A stretch of DNA of 64,000 nt from Myxococcales bacterium (GTDB lineage Bacteria; Myxococcota_A; Polyangia; Polyangiales; Polyangiaceae). A model generated the notes under the pieces. It saw only the letters and a list, made by a program, of their open reading frames with translations. It did no database searches and had not been told where the DNA came from. Location of the stretch: assembly GCA_043747615.1 (NCBI GenBank), contig JAYTOU010000005.1:1-64000 (forward strand), read 5' to 3'. Made by a program: the position numbers and the translations under genes. Shown here in pieces: positions 27,003 to 35,689 of this stretch; positions within the stretch are counted from its first letter, which is position 1, and each line of letters starts with the position of its first letter.

Positions 27003-29759
27003 TTAAAGCGCCACGCAGCCGAGCTTCGACGCCGCGGCGCGCGCGTCCTCGGCCGAGACCGATCGCGGCTTCGCCGCACCCCAGCGCTTGAGCACCGTCT
27101 GGTACGCCGCGCACGCGCGCGCCTTGTCTCCCTTCACTTCGAGCGCGTGTCCGAGCATCAGGCTCGCGCGCGTCGTGTCCACGGGGCGCTCGAGCCCGAT
27201 GCACGAAGCGGCTGCGCGCTCGAGGTACGGGATCGCTTCGTCTGGTCGCGCCGCGAGGAAGTATGCTTTTCCGAGGATGAAGTCGCCCGAGGCGGCCCAC
27301 TCTACGGTGAGCGGCAGGAGTCCCGGGAGGCGATCAACGGCGTCCTGCGCCGCCTCACGTGTCTCGGCAGGCCGAACGTACGCCGCGATCTTCACCATGC
27401 GCTCGGCTCCCTGGGTGTGAAGTGCGGCGGTCCATCGCGCGACCCACGCTTCCCGCGCGGCAGCCCACTCCGCATCCGTGAGCCGCCCGGCGCGATGCGC
27501 GACGTCGAGCAAGCGCGGCGTTTCGTCGCTGGCCGCCGGCGTGTTCTGCGTGCTCGCCACCCAGAGATCACGCTGAGCCAGAAAATCAGCGGCCACCGCC
27601 CCCGCGTCGCGCAAACGCCCCTGCTCGAGGAGCGCCTGGGTGAGCATCCAAGCCGCGCGGGAGTGCTCCTCGAGCGGCGCATCGCGCCGGATCGAGCTCG
27701 CTTGCGAGCGTGCCTCCGCCTCGGCGCCCTTGAAGTCGCCGGTCCACGCAGAGAGCTGTCCGATGTATCGATGCTGGCGCTCCTCACGCATTTCGGTGCG
27801 GGCGTGGCGCCACGTCTGCTCGATTGCGGCCGCAAGTGTCGCGGGCGGGGCGCCCCGCCACGCGAGCGTGTCCGCGCGAAAGCGATAGCCAAACTCATAC
27901 ATCGGGGACGAGGTGACAACCCTCTCCGCGTCCTCGGCGACCTTCTCGCAGGCGCCGCGCTGCGCCTCGAGCGTGATGCGCTGGGCCATGCAGTTGGCGG
28001 CCAAGGGCGCCTGGCGGAGGCATTTCTCGAAAGCCTCGAGCGCTTCGTCGTACTTGCCCTCGTACTGGTAGCTCTGCCCGAGAGTGTCGGAAATGACGGC
28101 GCTCGTGGGATCGAGCTCGGCGGCGCGGCGGATGTCGACGCGCGCCTCGGGGTCTCCCAGATCGCTGCGGAGCTTCCCGCGCTCCAACGCGAGCATCGCG
28201 TCGAGCGGCCATCGGGCGATGGCGTCGGTCGCGTGGCGGTCTGCTTCGCGCAGGTCGGGTGGCGTCCGCAGGACGAGCGCATCCATTATCGCGGCGTAGG
28301 CGGTGTCCTTTTCGGTGAGCGATCCGCGAAGCGCGAGCGTCGCCTGCATCGCGGATCGCGCGGCAGGCACATCGCCTATGGCATAGGCAAGCGTGGCGCT
28401 GCGCAGGTGCGCGGCTGCCATGGCAGGGTCGAGGTCCGCGGCGCGCTGGAAGCTGTCCAACGAGGAGCGGGGGTTGTCGTCGCAATATGCCTGAAGCCCG
28501 GAACGGTAGGCCGTGGCGGCGTTGGCGATGTTCGATTCGGGGACCGGCTGCTGGGTGCACGTCGTTGCCTTCGGCGCAATTGCCGCGTCAGCGTCGATCG
28601 CGCGCGTCACGGTAACGGACTCCCGAGCCATGAGGGTCGCGATCGTCACGGCGCCGGCCGCAGCGAGGGCGACGAAGGCCACCACGCCGGCCCGCGGCGA
28701 GCGAACGCCGGCCGTTCGCAGGAGAACAGCTTCCGTGCGGGCCAACGCGGGTTCGGCTCGAGGGGCGTCGGGCGTGGGCGGGGCCGTCACCGCGTCGCCT
28801 CTAGACGGCTGCAGCGCGATCGGGCCCGCGGGGATAGGCATGTGCGGTCTCGTCGGCTCGAAGGCGTCGGGAATCTCGCCGAGCGACGTGATGACGTCGT
28901 CCATCGTCGGGAAGCGCGCTGCGCGTGACTTGGACAGCGCCCGCATGATCACGGAGGCCGCTTCCGACGGAACGAGCGGGTTGCGTGATTCCAGCGGGTC
29001 GGCGTCCCGCGACAGCACCTGCGCCACTATCTTGAGCGAGTCGCTGCCGACGGTCCATGGTGTCTCGCCGGACAGAAGCTCGTAGGCCATGACCGCCCAG
29101 GAGAATTGATCCGCGCCCCCGTCGAGCGGGTCCCCGCGCATCTGCTCGGGGGCCATGTAATACGGCGTGCCGATGATGAGCCCTTCGGTGGTGTTCGTCG
29201 GGACCACGAGCCCCTCGGTAGACGACGTCGGGTCGACCGGCGGCCGCGATCGTTGCGCAATCCCGAAGTCGAGGACCTTGACCACCCCGTCTTCGCGAAT
29301 CATGACGTTCTCGGGCTTGATGTCGCGGTGCACGAGCCCGCATTTGTGCGCGGCGGCGAGAGCGCGCGCGACGTCGATCAGCCACGACATCCGCTTGCTC
29401 AACGGGATCGAGACGTCACCCACGAACTCCCGCAGCGTTCTTCCCCGGATAAGCTCCATCGCCAGATACGTCGTCCCGCTCAACACCGCGGGCTCATGCA
29501 ACTCGCCGACGTCGTAGATGTTGACGACATTGGGGTGCTCGAGCGCGGCGGCGGCCCGCGCCTCCCTCAGAAGTCGGGCCGAACCGCCGGTCTTCCGCGC
29601 CATGCTCTGTTCGTCGTCGGCCTGAGGCCGGAGAATCTTGAGCGCTACGTTCCGCTGCAGTCGATCGTCGTGGGCGCAATAGACTTCGCCCATTCCCCCT
29701 TCACCCAGCGGGGAAAGGATGGTGTACCGATCGACCTTATCCCCCTTGGTTAGATGCAT
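27003..29759 (-). CDS. Membrane Ser/Thr protein kinase with a C-terminal TPR region
   Basis: LGEGGMGEVY, VALKIL, HRDIKPEN, DFGIA, GTPYYMAPE; central TM helix; TPRs. Confidence 0.95.
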   Translation of the reverse strand: MHLTKGDKVDRYTILSPLGEGGMGEVYCAHDDRLQRNVALKILRPQADDEQSMARKTGGSARLLREARAAAALEHPNVVNIYDVGELHEPAVLSGTTYLAMELIRGRTLREFVGDVSIPLSKRMSWLIDVARALAAAHKCGLVHRDIKPENVMIREDGVVKVLDFGIAQRSRPPVDPTSSTEGLVVPTNTTEGLIIGTPYYMAPEQMRGDPLDGGADQFSWAVMAYELLSGETPWTVGSDSLKIVAQVLSRDADPLESRNPLVPSEAASVIMRALSKSRAARFPTMDDVITSLGEIPDAFEPTRPHMPIPAGPIALQPSRGDAVTAPPTPDAPRAEPALARTEAVLLRTAGVRSPRAGVVAFVALAAAGAVTIATLMARESVTVTRAIDADAAIAPKATTCTQQPVPESNIANAATAYRSGLQAYCDDNPRSSLDSFQRAADLDPAMAAAHLRSATLAYAIGDVPAARSAMQATLALRGSLTEKDTAYAAIMDALVLRTPPDLREADRHATDAIARWPLDAMLALERGKLRSDLGDPEARVDIRRAAELDPTSAVISDTLGQSYQYEGKYDEALEAFEKCLRQAPLAANCMAQRITLEAQRGACEKVAEDAERVVTSSPMYEFGYRFRADTLAWRGAPPATLAAAIEQTWRHARTEMREERQHRYIGQLSAWTGDFKGAEAEARSQASSIRRDAPLEEHSRAAWMLTQALLEQGRLRDAGAVAADFLAQRDLWVASTQNTPAASDETPRLLDVAHRAGRLTDAEWAAAREAWVARWTAALHTQGAERMVKIAAYVRPAETREAAQDAVDRLPGLLPLTVEWAASGDFILGKAYFLAARPDEAIPYLERAAASCIGLERPVDTTRASLMLGHALEVKGDKARACAAYQTVLKRWGAAKPRSVSAEDARAAASKLGCVAL

Positions 29760-29894
29760 CTACGAACCCTCGATTCTACACGCAGGTTCGGGACGTGAGT
29801 AAAGCAAGGCGTCTGGCCGCGCCAAAGGTGCGGGAAAGAGGAGCATCTGACGATCGCTCCGGATTTTCCGGATCAAAAGCCCTCCGCGGAATCA

Positions 29895-31064
29895 TCATCG
29901 GGATCCAACGACGCGGAGCACGGCCTCGCCGGAGCGCGACGCGTTGATCGCATCTCCGACGAGAAGCGTGGCCCGCGTCACCAAGCTCACCCCCTTGATG
30001 AACGCGCTTCCGTCGGTCGACGAAAGCTCTACCCAGCCGTCGCTCGCCTGATCGATCACCCAGCCGGCGACGCTGAGCCGCGCGGGACCAAGGGGCGCGA
30101 GGTAACGATCGCCCGCGACGTCGATCGCCAGCGCACCCGGCATGTCCGGGGCGGGCGCGAGGCGGATCGGCACTTCCTTTCCGAGCTGGAGAGCGAGCTC
30201 GTCTCCCACGTCGAGGGCGCCCTTCACGTTCATGCCGCGGAGCTGCGTGCCGTTGCGGCTCCCGAGGTCGCTCACCACGACCCGGCCATCAACGCGCGCG
30301 ATCCGCAGATGAACACGGCTCACGGCATGCGACGGGATGCGCAGCGAACCTTCCGTTCGCCCGATCACCACCTCGTTCCCGAGGATCAGGGTGACGGCTT
30401 TCCCTTCGATGAGCAGCCGAACGACGGGACCCTTGAGTGCCCGCGTACGAAGTCCGTGCGCACGGTCGTCGGCGGCTCCGGGCTGCATCTGCGCGAGCGC
30501 CACGGCGGCCTCCAAGGCTTCGCGCCTCCGTCCACTCGCGGCGAGAAGCTCGATCTCGGCGTGCCCCTGGTGCCGCGTGCGGGTCGCGCGCTCTTTGTCA
30601 CCTTCGGAGACCAGCAGATCTTCGAGCTTCTCGATGTCGCCTGCCTGGGCGAACGCGCGCGCTTCACCCTCCCGATCGCCCGCGAGACGGTACGCCTCCG
30701 CCGCGCGCTCGGGCTCGTGCAACGCTTCGAGATCGGCGGCAGCGGCGAGTACGTCGTGGCGCGCGGCGTGCGAGAGCGCGTGCCCGCCGGCGAGAGCGAT
30801 CGTCAAGAGGGCCCGTTTGAGCCGCGCCTCGCGCTGCACGGCGTGGGTTGGGGGGGCGATGGTCGACGCCTGGAGGTAGTACTGCATTCGTCGTGCAGGC
30901 TCGACCTCGGCGTCTCCGCGCAGGACCATCACCCGAGCGGCCTCCGACGGGCGGCCGGCCTCGACCCAGAGCTCGATGGCGCGCCCGAGATCTCCGCGAA
31001 CTTCGGCCGTCTCGGCGGCATTCGCCGTTCGTCCCTTGCCGAACAGTCGATCGAGCACGCTCAT
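29895..31064 (-). CDS. FHA-domain protein with an N-terminal TPR-like region
   Basis: VIGRTE..SHAVSRVH..DLGSRNGT. Confidence 0.85.
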   Translation of the reverse strand: MSVLDRLFGKGRTANAAETAEVRGDLGRAIELWVEAGRPSEAARVMVLRGDAEVEPARRMQYYLQASTIAPPTHAVQREARLKRALLTIALAGGHALSHAARHDVLAAAADLEALHEPERAAEAYRLAGDREGEARAFAQAGDIEKLEDLLVSEGDKERATRTRHQGHAEIELLAASGRRREALEAAVALAQMQPGAADDRAHGLRTRALKGPVVRLLIEGKAVTLILGNEVVIGRTEGSLRIPSHAVSRVHLRIARVDGRVVVSDLGSRNGTQLRGMNVKGALDVGDELALQLGKEVPIRLAPAPDMPGALAIDVAGDRYLAPLGPARLSVAGWVIDQASDGWVELSSTDGSAFIKGVSLVTRATLLVGDAINASRSGEAVLRVVGSR

Positions 31065-31149
31065 CTAGACCTTCATCATAGCCGGATATTATCGCGGTCT
31101 CATCACCATCCCTTGACGTGGCCGTTGTCATAACCGACGATTTTCGGCG

Positions 31150-32850
31150 ATGGCGAATACGAATCGGCTTGGTGAGCTTCTCGTTCGGGAAAAACTGATC
31201 AGCCTTGCCCAGCTCAGGCAGGCTCAGGAAGAGCAGCAGAAGTCCGGGAAGAACCTCGGCTACACGCTCGCGCGGCTCGGATACATCTCCGACACCGAGA
31301 TCACGAGCTTCCTTTCGCAGCAGTACCGCGTGCCCACGGTCAATCTCGAGGAGTACGAGATCGAGGCCGAGATCCTCAAGCTCGTGAACCGCGAGCAGTG
31401 CGAGAAGCACCGGGTCATTCCCATCTCGCGCGCGGGAAGCTCGCTCGTCGTGGCCATGGCCGATCCGACGAACCTGAACGCCATCGACGATCTCAAATTT
31501 TTGACTGGCTACAACATCGAGCCGGTCATCGCGAGCGAGACGGCGATCGTCGCTGCGGTCGAAAAATATTACAACGCGGGCCCTTCGTACGACGAGGTGA
31601 TGTCCGGATTCGACGAGAGCGAGATCGATTTCAGCGGCGACGAAGAAGACATCAACCTGATGGAGCTCGAGAAGGCGAGCGAGGATGCCCCCGTCGTCCG
31701 CCTCGTCAACATGATCCTCCTCAGCGCGATCAAGAAGGGCGCGAGCGACATTCACATCGAGCCCTACGAGAAAAAGCTCCGCGTGCGCTACCGCGTCGAC
31801 GGCGTGCTCATCGAGGAGATGACGCCGCCACTGAAGCTGAAAAACGCCATCGTCAGCCGCCTCAAGATCATGGCCTCCCTCGACATCGCCGAGCGTCGGC
31901 TCCCCCAAGACGGGCGAATCAAGCTGAAGCTCGGCAAGGGCAAGGAGATGGACTTTCGCGTGAGCGTGCTGCCCACGTTGTGGGGCGAGAAGATCGTCAT
32001 GCGTCTCCTCGACAAGGGGAACTTGCAACCCGACATGACGAAGCTCGGCTTCGACCAAGGGCCGCTCGACGACTTCCTGTGGGCCATTCACCAGCCGTGG
32101 GGAATGGTGCTCGTCACGGGGCCCACCGGCTCGGGCAAGACGACGACGCTCTACTCCGCGCTCTCCGATCTCAACAAGATCATGCACAACATCAGCACCG
32201 CGGAAGATCCCGTCGAGTACAACTTGCACGGCATCAACCAGGTGCAGATGCACGACGAGATCGGGCTCAACTTCGCGATGAGCCTCCGCGCGTTTCTCCG
32301 GCAAGACCCGGACATCATCATGGTCGGAGAGATCCGAGACTTCGAAACCGCAGAAATCGCGGTCAAAGCCGCGCTCACCGGGCACATGGTGCTCTCCACG
32401 CTCCACACCAACGACGCTCCGTCGACGATCTTTCGTCTCCTCAACATGGGGGTCGAGCCGTTCCTCATCACGGCCAGCGTCAACCTCGTCCTCGCTCAGC
32501 GTCTCGCGCGGAAGATCTGCGTCGACTGCAAGCAACCGCTCATCCTCGACAAGGCCGTCCTCGAGGACATCGGCTTCACGCCCGAGCAGATCGCCAACGG
32601 CAAGCTCTTCAAGGGCGCCGGCTGCCGAACGTGCAACGACACCGGCTACAAGGGCCGCGTCGCTCTCTACGAGGTCATGCGCTTCAGCGACAACTTGAAG
32701 GAGATGGTCCTCCAGGGCTCGCCGACGCAGGAGCTCAAGAACGCGGCGATCAAGAACGGAATGACCAGCCTCCGCATGAGCGGCATCAGCAAGGTGCTCG
32801 ACGGCCTCACCACGACGGAAGAAGTGTTGCGCGTCACGATGGCGGATTGA
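31150..32850 (+). CDS. pilB: Type IV-A pilus assembly ATPase PilB
   Basis: N-terminal RLGELLV (MshEN-like), ASDIHIEP, GPTGSGKT, AEDPVE, LRQDPD, TLHTND, CxxC pairs. Confidence 0.96.
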   Translation: MANTNRLGELLVREKLISLAQLRQAQEEQQKSGKNLGYTLARLGYISDTEITSFLSQQYRVPTVNLEEYEIEAEILKLVNREQCEKHRVIPISRAGSSLVVAMADPTNLNAIDDLKFLTGYNIEPVIASETAIVAAVEKYYNAGPSYDEVMSGFDESEIDFSGDEEDINLMELEKASEDAPVVRLVNMILLSAIKKGASDIHIEPYEKKLRVRYRVDGVLIEEMTPPLKLKNAIVSRLKIMASLDIAERRLPQDGRIKLKLGKGKEMDFRVSVLPTLWGEKIVMRLLDKGNLQPDMTKLGFDQGPLDDFLWAIHQPWGMVLVTGPTGSGKTTTLYSALSDLNKIMHNISTAEDPVEYNLHGINQVQMHDEIGLNFAMSLRAFLRQDPDIIMVGEIRDFETAEIAVKAALTGHMVLSTLHTNDAPSTIFRLLNMGVEPFLITASVNLVLAQRLARKICVDCKQPLILDKAVLEDIGFTPEQIANGKLFKGAGCRTCNDTGYKGRVALYEVMRFSDNLKEMVLQGSPTQELKNAAIKNGMTSLRMSGISKVLDGLTTTEEVLRVTMAD

Positions 32851-32862
32851 GGCTCCATCGCC

Positions 32863-33025
32863 GTGGCGGCCCTCTCGGAGTCCACGCGAAAGGTGGATCG
32901 GACGCGCAAGGTGCCCACGTACGCGAAGGCCGGCGTGCGGCACGTTTGGCTCGTGGAAGCGGGGGGAACCCTTCGATGCGATCGAGCTCGAGCTCGGCGT
33001 GCTCTGGACCGACGTGCAGCTGTAG
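32863..33025 (+). pseudogene. Remnant of a Uma2-family (DUF820) endonuclease
   Basis: 'LSESTRKVDRTRKVPTYAKAGVRHVWLV' is followed in another frame by the typical C-terminus 'EPFDAIELELGVLWTDVQL*'; the N-terminus and middle are missing. Confidence 0.75.
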
Positions 33026-33529
33026 GAGCGCGTTGTTTTGCGCCGATACCGGCGCGATCCTGTCGTTGGGAGTCGTCACCGCACAGGGAGTGCGGCTCCT
33101 CGTCCGCTCCAAAGTCTCGCTTGGTCGCGACGAAAACCACCACACTCCTGTTGGGATGACGGGAAGGGCGATGAAGGATTGAGCGGTGAAGGAGCGCATG
33201 GATCCGCTTTCGCGCGACCTCGCGCTAAATCACCGAGTTACTTGCATGAGCGGAGCGTGAGGCCGGACTTTCGGTTGCCGCTCTCCGCAAGTGACGGTCA
33301 AGGGATCCTCGTTTGGCGTCGCCCTCACCGACCCGGAGCGCCGCGCGTTGATCACGGCGCCCATCGTCGATTTGCACGGCTATCGATTTCTCTTCGTCCC
33401 GCACCGCGACCAAGAAGACGAGGTTGACGACGATCGCAAGCGACATCACCAAACTCCGTCCGATGGGGTACGGCTGAAGTCGCTGCCGTTGCATTCTGCT
33501 AAAGTGACGGACCTTGAGGAACTTCTGAG

Positions 33530-34503
33530 GTGACGCGCGGGAAGCACATTGCCGTCGGGTGCGCGCTACCGCTCGCCGCGTTCTACATCGGTGGATGTTC
33601 TGGGGGCTCGACGGGCAACCACGGGAGCCCGCCGTCGGACGGGGGCCTGGATACGCGCCCGAGAGTCGAGGCGGGGACGCCCGAGGAAGCGGGTCCAGAT
33701 CCCGACGCGGGACCCGTCTTCGGACCGGACGGATGGATAAGGGACGACAGCTTCGATCCCACGTGCGGCTTTTACGTTCCACCGTCGAAGGACAAGCTTC
33801 CTCCGCCGATCGCCTGGGGGCGTCACGCTGCAAGTCACGCGCTTCACCGGGTCGGTTGGTTATCGGCTGGTCGCCGAGGCCGACGGGCCCGCCCACCAAG
33901 CCGTGTTGGAGACGACCAAACATTGCACGCTCACGCGGAGCAGCTTTATTCGTGGGCCGACGGATCGCTGATCCAAAGCGTCTCGTTGGGTCCTTCGGAT
34001 CCGGGGCAAGTGGGAGAGTATTCGTACCAGGGAGACGCGCTCTTCCTCACGGCAAGCAACGCGTACTACGCGAGGATCAAGATTTTCACGCCCGCCAACG
34101 GCATGCGCGATTTCATTTCGTGTGGAAACGTGATCTCGAAGAGCGCGGCCGACTTCGCTACGGACGGCGTCAACATGGCGTGGATCGAAGCGAGCGGTCG
34201 GTCTACGTCCACCGATCCCTGGACGGCACTCACCATCATGACCGCGCCCTACACGACGGACCCAAGCACCATTGTGAAGCGCCAGCTTCGCTCCGAAGAC
34301 ATCGGCTATTTCGCTACCGCAGAATTCACCGTGCGACTCGCCGACGGGGCGTCGTGAAGCTGACCGACACAGCGCGGTGGAATTGGTACGAACCGGCGGC
34401 CGTGACGTGCTCGGAGCTCTTCGTCAACATCGTCGGGCCCAAGGTATTCAACATCGCCCGCGTCCGCCTCGATTCGCTCGGGCCGGGCATCCCGCCAGAC
34501 TGA
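33530..34503 (+). pseudogene. Degenerate lipoprotein gene (frameshifted and internally deleted)
   Basis: Lipoprotein-like start ('IGGCSGG'), a scrambled middle, and a C-terminus 'AVTCSELF..NIARVRLDSLGPGIPPD*' in a different frame from 33530..34357. Confidence 0.6.
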
Positions 34504-34521
34504 CACACGGAGAGAAGAACA

Positions 34522-35670
34522 ATGACGCAAGGCAGCGAGCTCAAAGTCAATCTGCACCAGCTTCTCAAGGCGATGATCGAGAAGGGTGCAAGCGACATGC
34601 ACATCACGACAGGGGCGCCGCCGCTCCTGCGCATCGACGGAGCCATCGTCCCCTTGAAGCTGCCCCCGCTCAGCCCGGTGGACACGAAGCAGCTGTGCTA
34701 CTCGATTCTGACCGAGGAGCAGAAGATCCAATTCGAGAAGACGAACGAGCTCGATTTGTCGTTCGGCGTGAAGAGCCTCTCGCGCTTCCGAGCCAACATT
34801 TTCACCCAGCGCGGCGCGTGCGCAGGCGCGTTCCGGACGATCCCCTTCAAGATTCTGAGCTTCGAGGAGCTGGGGCTTCCGCAGATCATCGCCGACCTCG
34901 CCAAGAAGCCGAGCGGGCTCGTTCTGGTGACCGGCCCAACGGGCTCCGGGAAGTCGACGACGCTCGCTTCGATGATCGACAAGATCAACGCCGAAGAGCG
35001 CCTGCACATCATGACGGTGGAAGATCCCATCGAGTACCTCCACCCGCACAAGCTCTCTGTCGTCAATCAACGCGAGGTGGGGACGGACACAGAAGGCTTC
35101 AAAATAGCCCTCAAGTACATCCTCCGGCAGGATCCCGACGTTGTCCTCGTCGGCGAAATGCGAGATCTCGAGACGATCGAAGCCGCGCTCACCATCAGCG
35201 AGACGGGTCACCTCGTCTTCGCCACGCTCCACACGAACAGCGCCGTCTCCACGATCAACCGCATCATCGACGTCTTCCCGCCGCATCAGCAGCAGCAGGT
35301 GCGAGCGAAGCTCTCGTTCGTCTTGCAAGGCGTCGTGAGCCAGCAGCTGATGCCGCGTCTGGGTGCTCCGGGGCGATGCATGGCGATGGAAATCATGCTG
35401 CCGAATCCGGCCATCCGAAACCTGATCCGCGAAGACAAGGTGCATCAGATTTACAGCCAGATGCAGGTCGGTCAGGAAAAGTTTGGAATGCAAACCCTCA
35501 ATCAGTCGCTCTACTCGCTCTACGCGCGAAGAATGATCTCGCTCGAAGAGGCAATGGGTCGCGCCATCGAGGTCGACGAGCTCAAGATGATGATCGAGGG
35601 TCGACCAGGTTTGGCAGGGCCCGGTGGTCTCGGCGGCGCGCCTGGGCAACCCGGCCAGCGACCTCGCTGA
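34522..35670 (+). CDS. pilT: Type IV pilus retraction ATPase PilT
   Basis: ASDMHI, GPTGSGKSTT, EDPIE, LRQDPD, TLHTNS, AIRNLIRE, GMQT. Confidence 0.97.
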   Translation: MTQGSELKVNLHQLLKAMIEKGASDMHITTGAPPLLRIDGAIVPLKLPPLSPVDTKQLCYSILTEEQKIQFEKTNELDLSFGVKSLSRFRANIFTQRGACAGAFRTIPFKILSFEELGLPQIIADLAKKPSGLVLVTGPTGSGKSTTLASMIDKINAEERLHIMTVEDPIEYLHPHKLSVVNQREVGTDTEGFKIALKYILRQDPDVVLVGEMRDLETIEAALTISETGHLVFATLHTNSAVSTINRIIDVFPPHQQQQVRAKLSFVLQGVVSQQLMPRLGAPGRCMAMEIMLPNPAIRNLIREDKVHQIYSQMQVGQEKFGMQTLNQSLYSLYARRMISLEEAMGRAIEVDELKMMIEGRPGLAGPGGLGGAPGQPGQRPR

Positions 35671-35689
35671 GCGTACGTTTCAGCGAACT

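Noticed and set aside
27003..29759. Adjacent kinase as a RiPP-modifying (lanthipeptide or phosphorylating) enzyme
   Set aside because: It is convergently oriented and has a TM plus TPR receptor-kinase architecture with no lyase or cyclase domain.
30664..32943. Long antisense ORFs (e.g. 30664..32943, 60215..62326, 56172..57719, 51340..52854)
   Set aside because: They are shadow ORFs of well-supported genes, typical of high-GC DNA.
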